DNA of 63,429 bases, filler included, from Octopus bimaculoides (Eukaryota): assembly GCF_001194135.2 (NCBI RefSeq). It is 6 parts of 5 records of this genome, joined end to end, with 100 filler letters (N's around TTAATTAATTAA, not from the genome) between each part and the next. Parts side by side here need not be neighbours in the genome. Positions count along the whole stretch, not along the records: positions 61,626 to 63,429 come from NW_026359600.1; 5 more parts are not named here. The stretch is one strand, 5' to 3'. The notes below the pieces were generated by a model, which saw only the letters and a list, made by a program, of their open reading frames with translations, was not told the origin of the DNA and did not search any database. The translations under genes and the position numbers were made by a program. Below, piece after piece: positions 61,526-63,429 of the stretch (within the stretch, counting starts at the first letter, position 1; each line of letters opens with the position of its first letter).

Positions 61526-62606
61526 NNNNNNNNNNNNNNNNNNNNNNNNNNNNNNNNNNNNNNNNNNNNTTAATTAATTAANNNNNNNNNNNNNNNNNNN
61601 NNNNNNNNNNNNNNNNNNNNNNNNNTACATACATACATACATACATATATACATACATATATACATACATACATGTTTAATAATTATACTCAACTGCTGT
61701 GTGATCATAGGCTGCGTAACAACGTCATGGTAACCCACCACTACTTCCCCCTCCGTCGACACCACTACCACCGCTGCCGCCGCCGCCACCATTGCTGCCA
61801 CCACCACCACCACCACCACCACCACTATNNNNNNNNNNNNNNNNNNNNNNNNNNNNNNNNNNNNNNNNNNNNNNNNNNNNNNNNNNNNNNNNNNNNNNNN
61901 NNNNNNNNNNNNNNNNNNNNNNNNNNNNNNNNNNNNNNNNNNNNNNNNNNNNNNNNNNNNNNNNNNNNNNNNNNNNNNNNNNNNNNNNNNNNNNNNNNNN
62001 NNNNNNNNNNNNNNNNNNNNNNNNNNNNNNNNNNNNNNNNNNNNNNNNNNNNNNNNNNNNNNNNNNNNNNNNNNNNNNNNNNNNNNNNNNNNNNNNNNNN
62101 NNNNNNNNNNNNNNNNNNNNNNNNNNNNNNNNNNNNNNNNNNNNNNNNNNNNNNNNNNNNNNNNNNNNNNNNNNNNNNNNNNNNNNNNNNNNNNNNNNNN
62201 NNNNNNNNNNNNNNNNNNNNNNNNNNNNNNNNNNNNNNNNNNNNNNNNNNNNNNNNNNNNNNNNNNNNNNNNNNNNNNNNNNNNNNNNNNNNNNNNNNNN
62301 NNNNNNNNNNNNNNNNNNNNNNNNNNNNNNNNNNNNNNNNNNNNNNNNNNNNNNNNNNNNNNNNNNNNNNNNNNNNNNNNNNNNNNNNNNNNNNNNNNNN
62401 NNNNNNNNNNNNNNNNNNNNNNNNNNNNNNNNNNNNNNNNNNNNNNNNNNNNNNNNNNNNNNNNNNNNNNNNNNNNNNNNNNNNNNNNNNNNNNNNNNNN
62501 NNNNNNNNNNNNNNNNNNNNNNNNNNNNNNNNNNNNNNNNNNNNNNNNNNNNNNNNNNNNNNNNNNNNNNNNNNNNNNNNNNNNNNNNNNNNNNNNNNNN
62601 NNNNNN

Positions 62607-62644
<38 letters not shown>

Positions 62645-63429
62645 TATAAACATATTTATATATACTTGTCTATACATACATACAAGTATATATATGTGTG
62701 TGTATGTATGCGTGTATACACGCATACACACTCGCGCATATATACACCTAAATTCACCATATGTGTGAGCATGTGTACATACATACATACATGTAGATCC
62801 CCCCCCCCGTTTTTTGTTTAACCCTTAGCAGGTCAGCCATGCTTGAACCGTTCGGTAGCACGTAGGCCAGGCCGTTGTGCCATCCATGTAAAAGATTTAC
62901 GAACACAGATAAACCTGGTTTGTTCCTTCATGATTTTGTTTCTGCTCACCATCCAGCACTCACCAGATACATCTGTTATCGTTTTATCTTCCGTGTTTTG
63001 CCTGTTTCGGTCATTAGACTGCGGCTATGCTGGAGCACCATCACCAAGATTTTAAGTCGAACAAATCGCCACCCCGCGTTACTTATATTTGGAGCTTGGT
63101 GCTTCTTCATCAGTCTCTCTTTATATTTTGCGGAACTACTAGGTTATCGAGACGTAAACAAACAAACACTGGTTGTCACGCGCTGGGTGAGTGAAACAGA
63201 AATACAAAGACACACACACACACACACATGAAAGAGCACTCCGTCGAGGGTCCGAGCTGATACAATCAACGGAACAACTTGCTCGTGAAATTAACGAGCA
63301 AATGGCTGAGCACTCCACAGACTCGTGTACCCTTAACGTAGTTCCCAAGGAGTTCAGCGTGAGAAGCCTGGCCCTTTGGAATACAGGTACTACTCACTTT
63401 TGCCAGCTGAGTGAACTGGAGCAACGTGA

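Overview
This is AT-rich, repeat-saturated animal genomic DNA with many assembly gaps. The SINE repertoire fits a coleoid cephalopod, probably an octopus; this is an inference from the repeat families, not a database match. I cannot support any intact host gene, rRNA, true tRNA or CRISPR array. The window is a mosaic of several tRNA-derived and RTE-tailed short retroposon families, piggyBac-, hAT- and Tigger-type MITEs, and decayed mariner/Tc1, Chapaev3-like, Helitron, Gypsy, L1/Tx1, RTE, CR1/L2 and Hero fragments, plus long microsatellites. Most ORFs in the track are microsatellite, gap or antisense artefacts. The best candidate for a little-described system is a short retroelement present four times plus one terminal fragment. 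It carries a minimal type I hammerhead ribozyme of the Penelope kind, and in one copy it sits behind a Pol III tRNA-like head and an (AAT)n linker, suggesting a self-cleaving SINE. Other notable structures are a Gypsy element with a twin-priming-like internal inversion, an ORF1-only LINE chimera inside a SINE, multimeric piggyBac MITEs with a shared spacer, two adjacent long palindromes, and a ~325-bp inverted-repeat element. Repeat boundaries were read by eye and are approximate. Family names come from remembered motifs.
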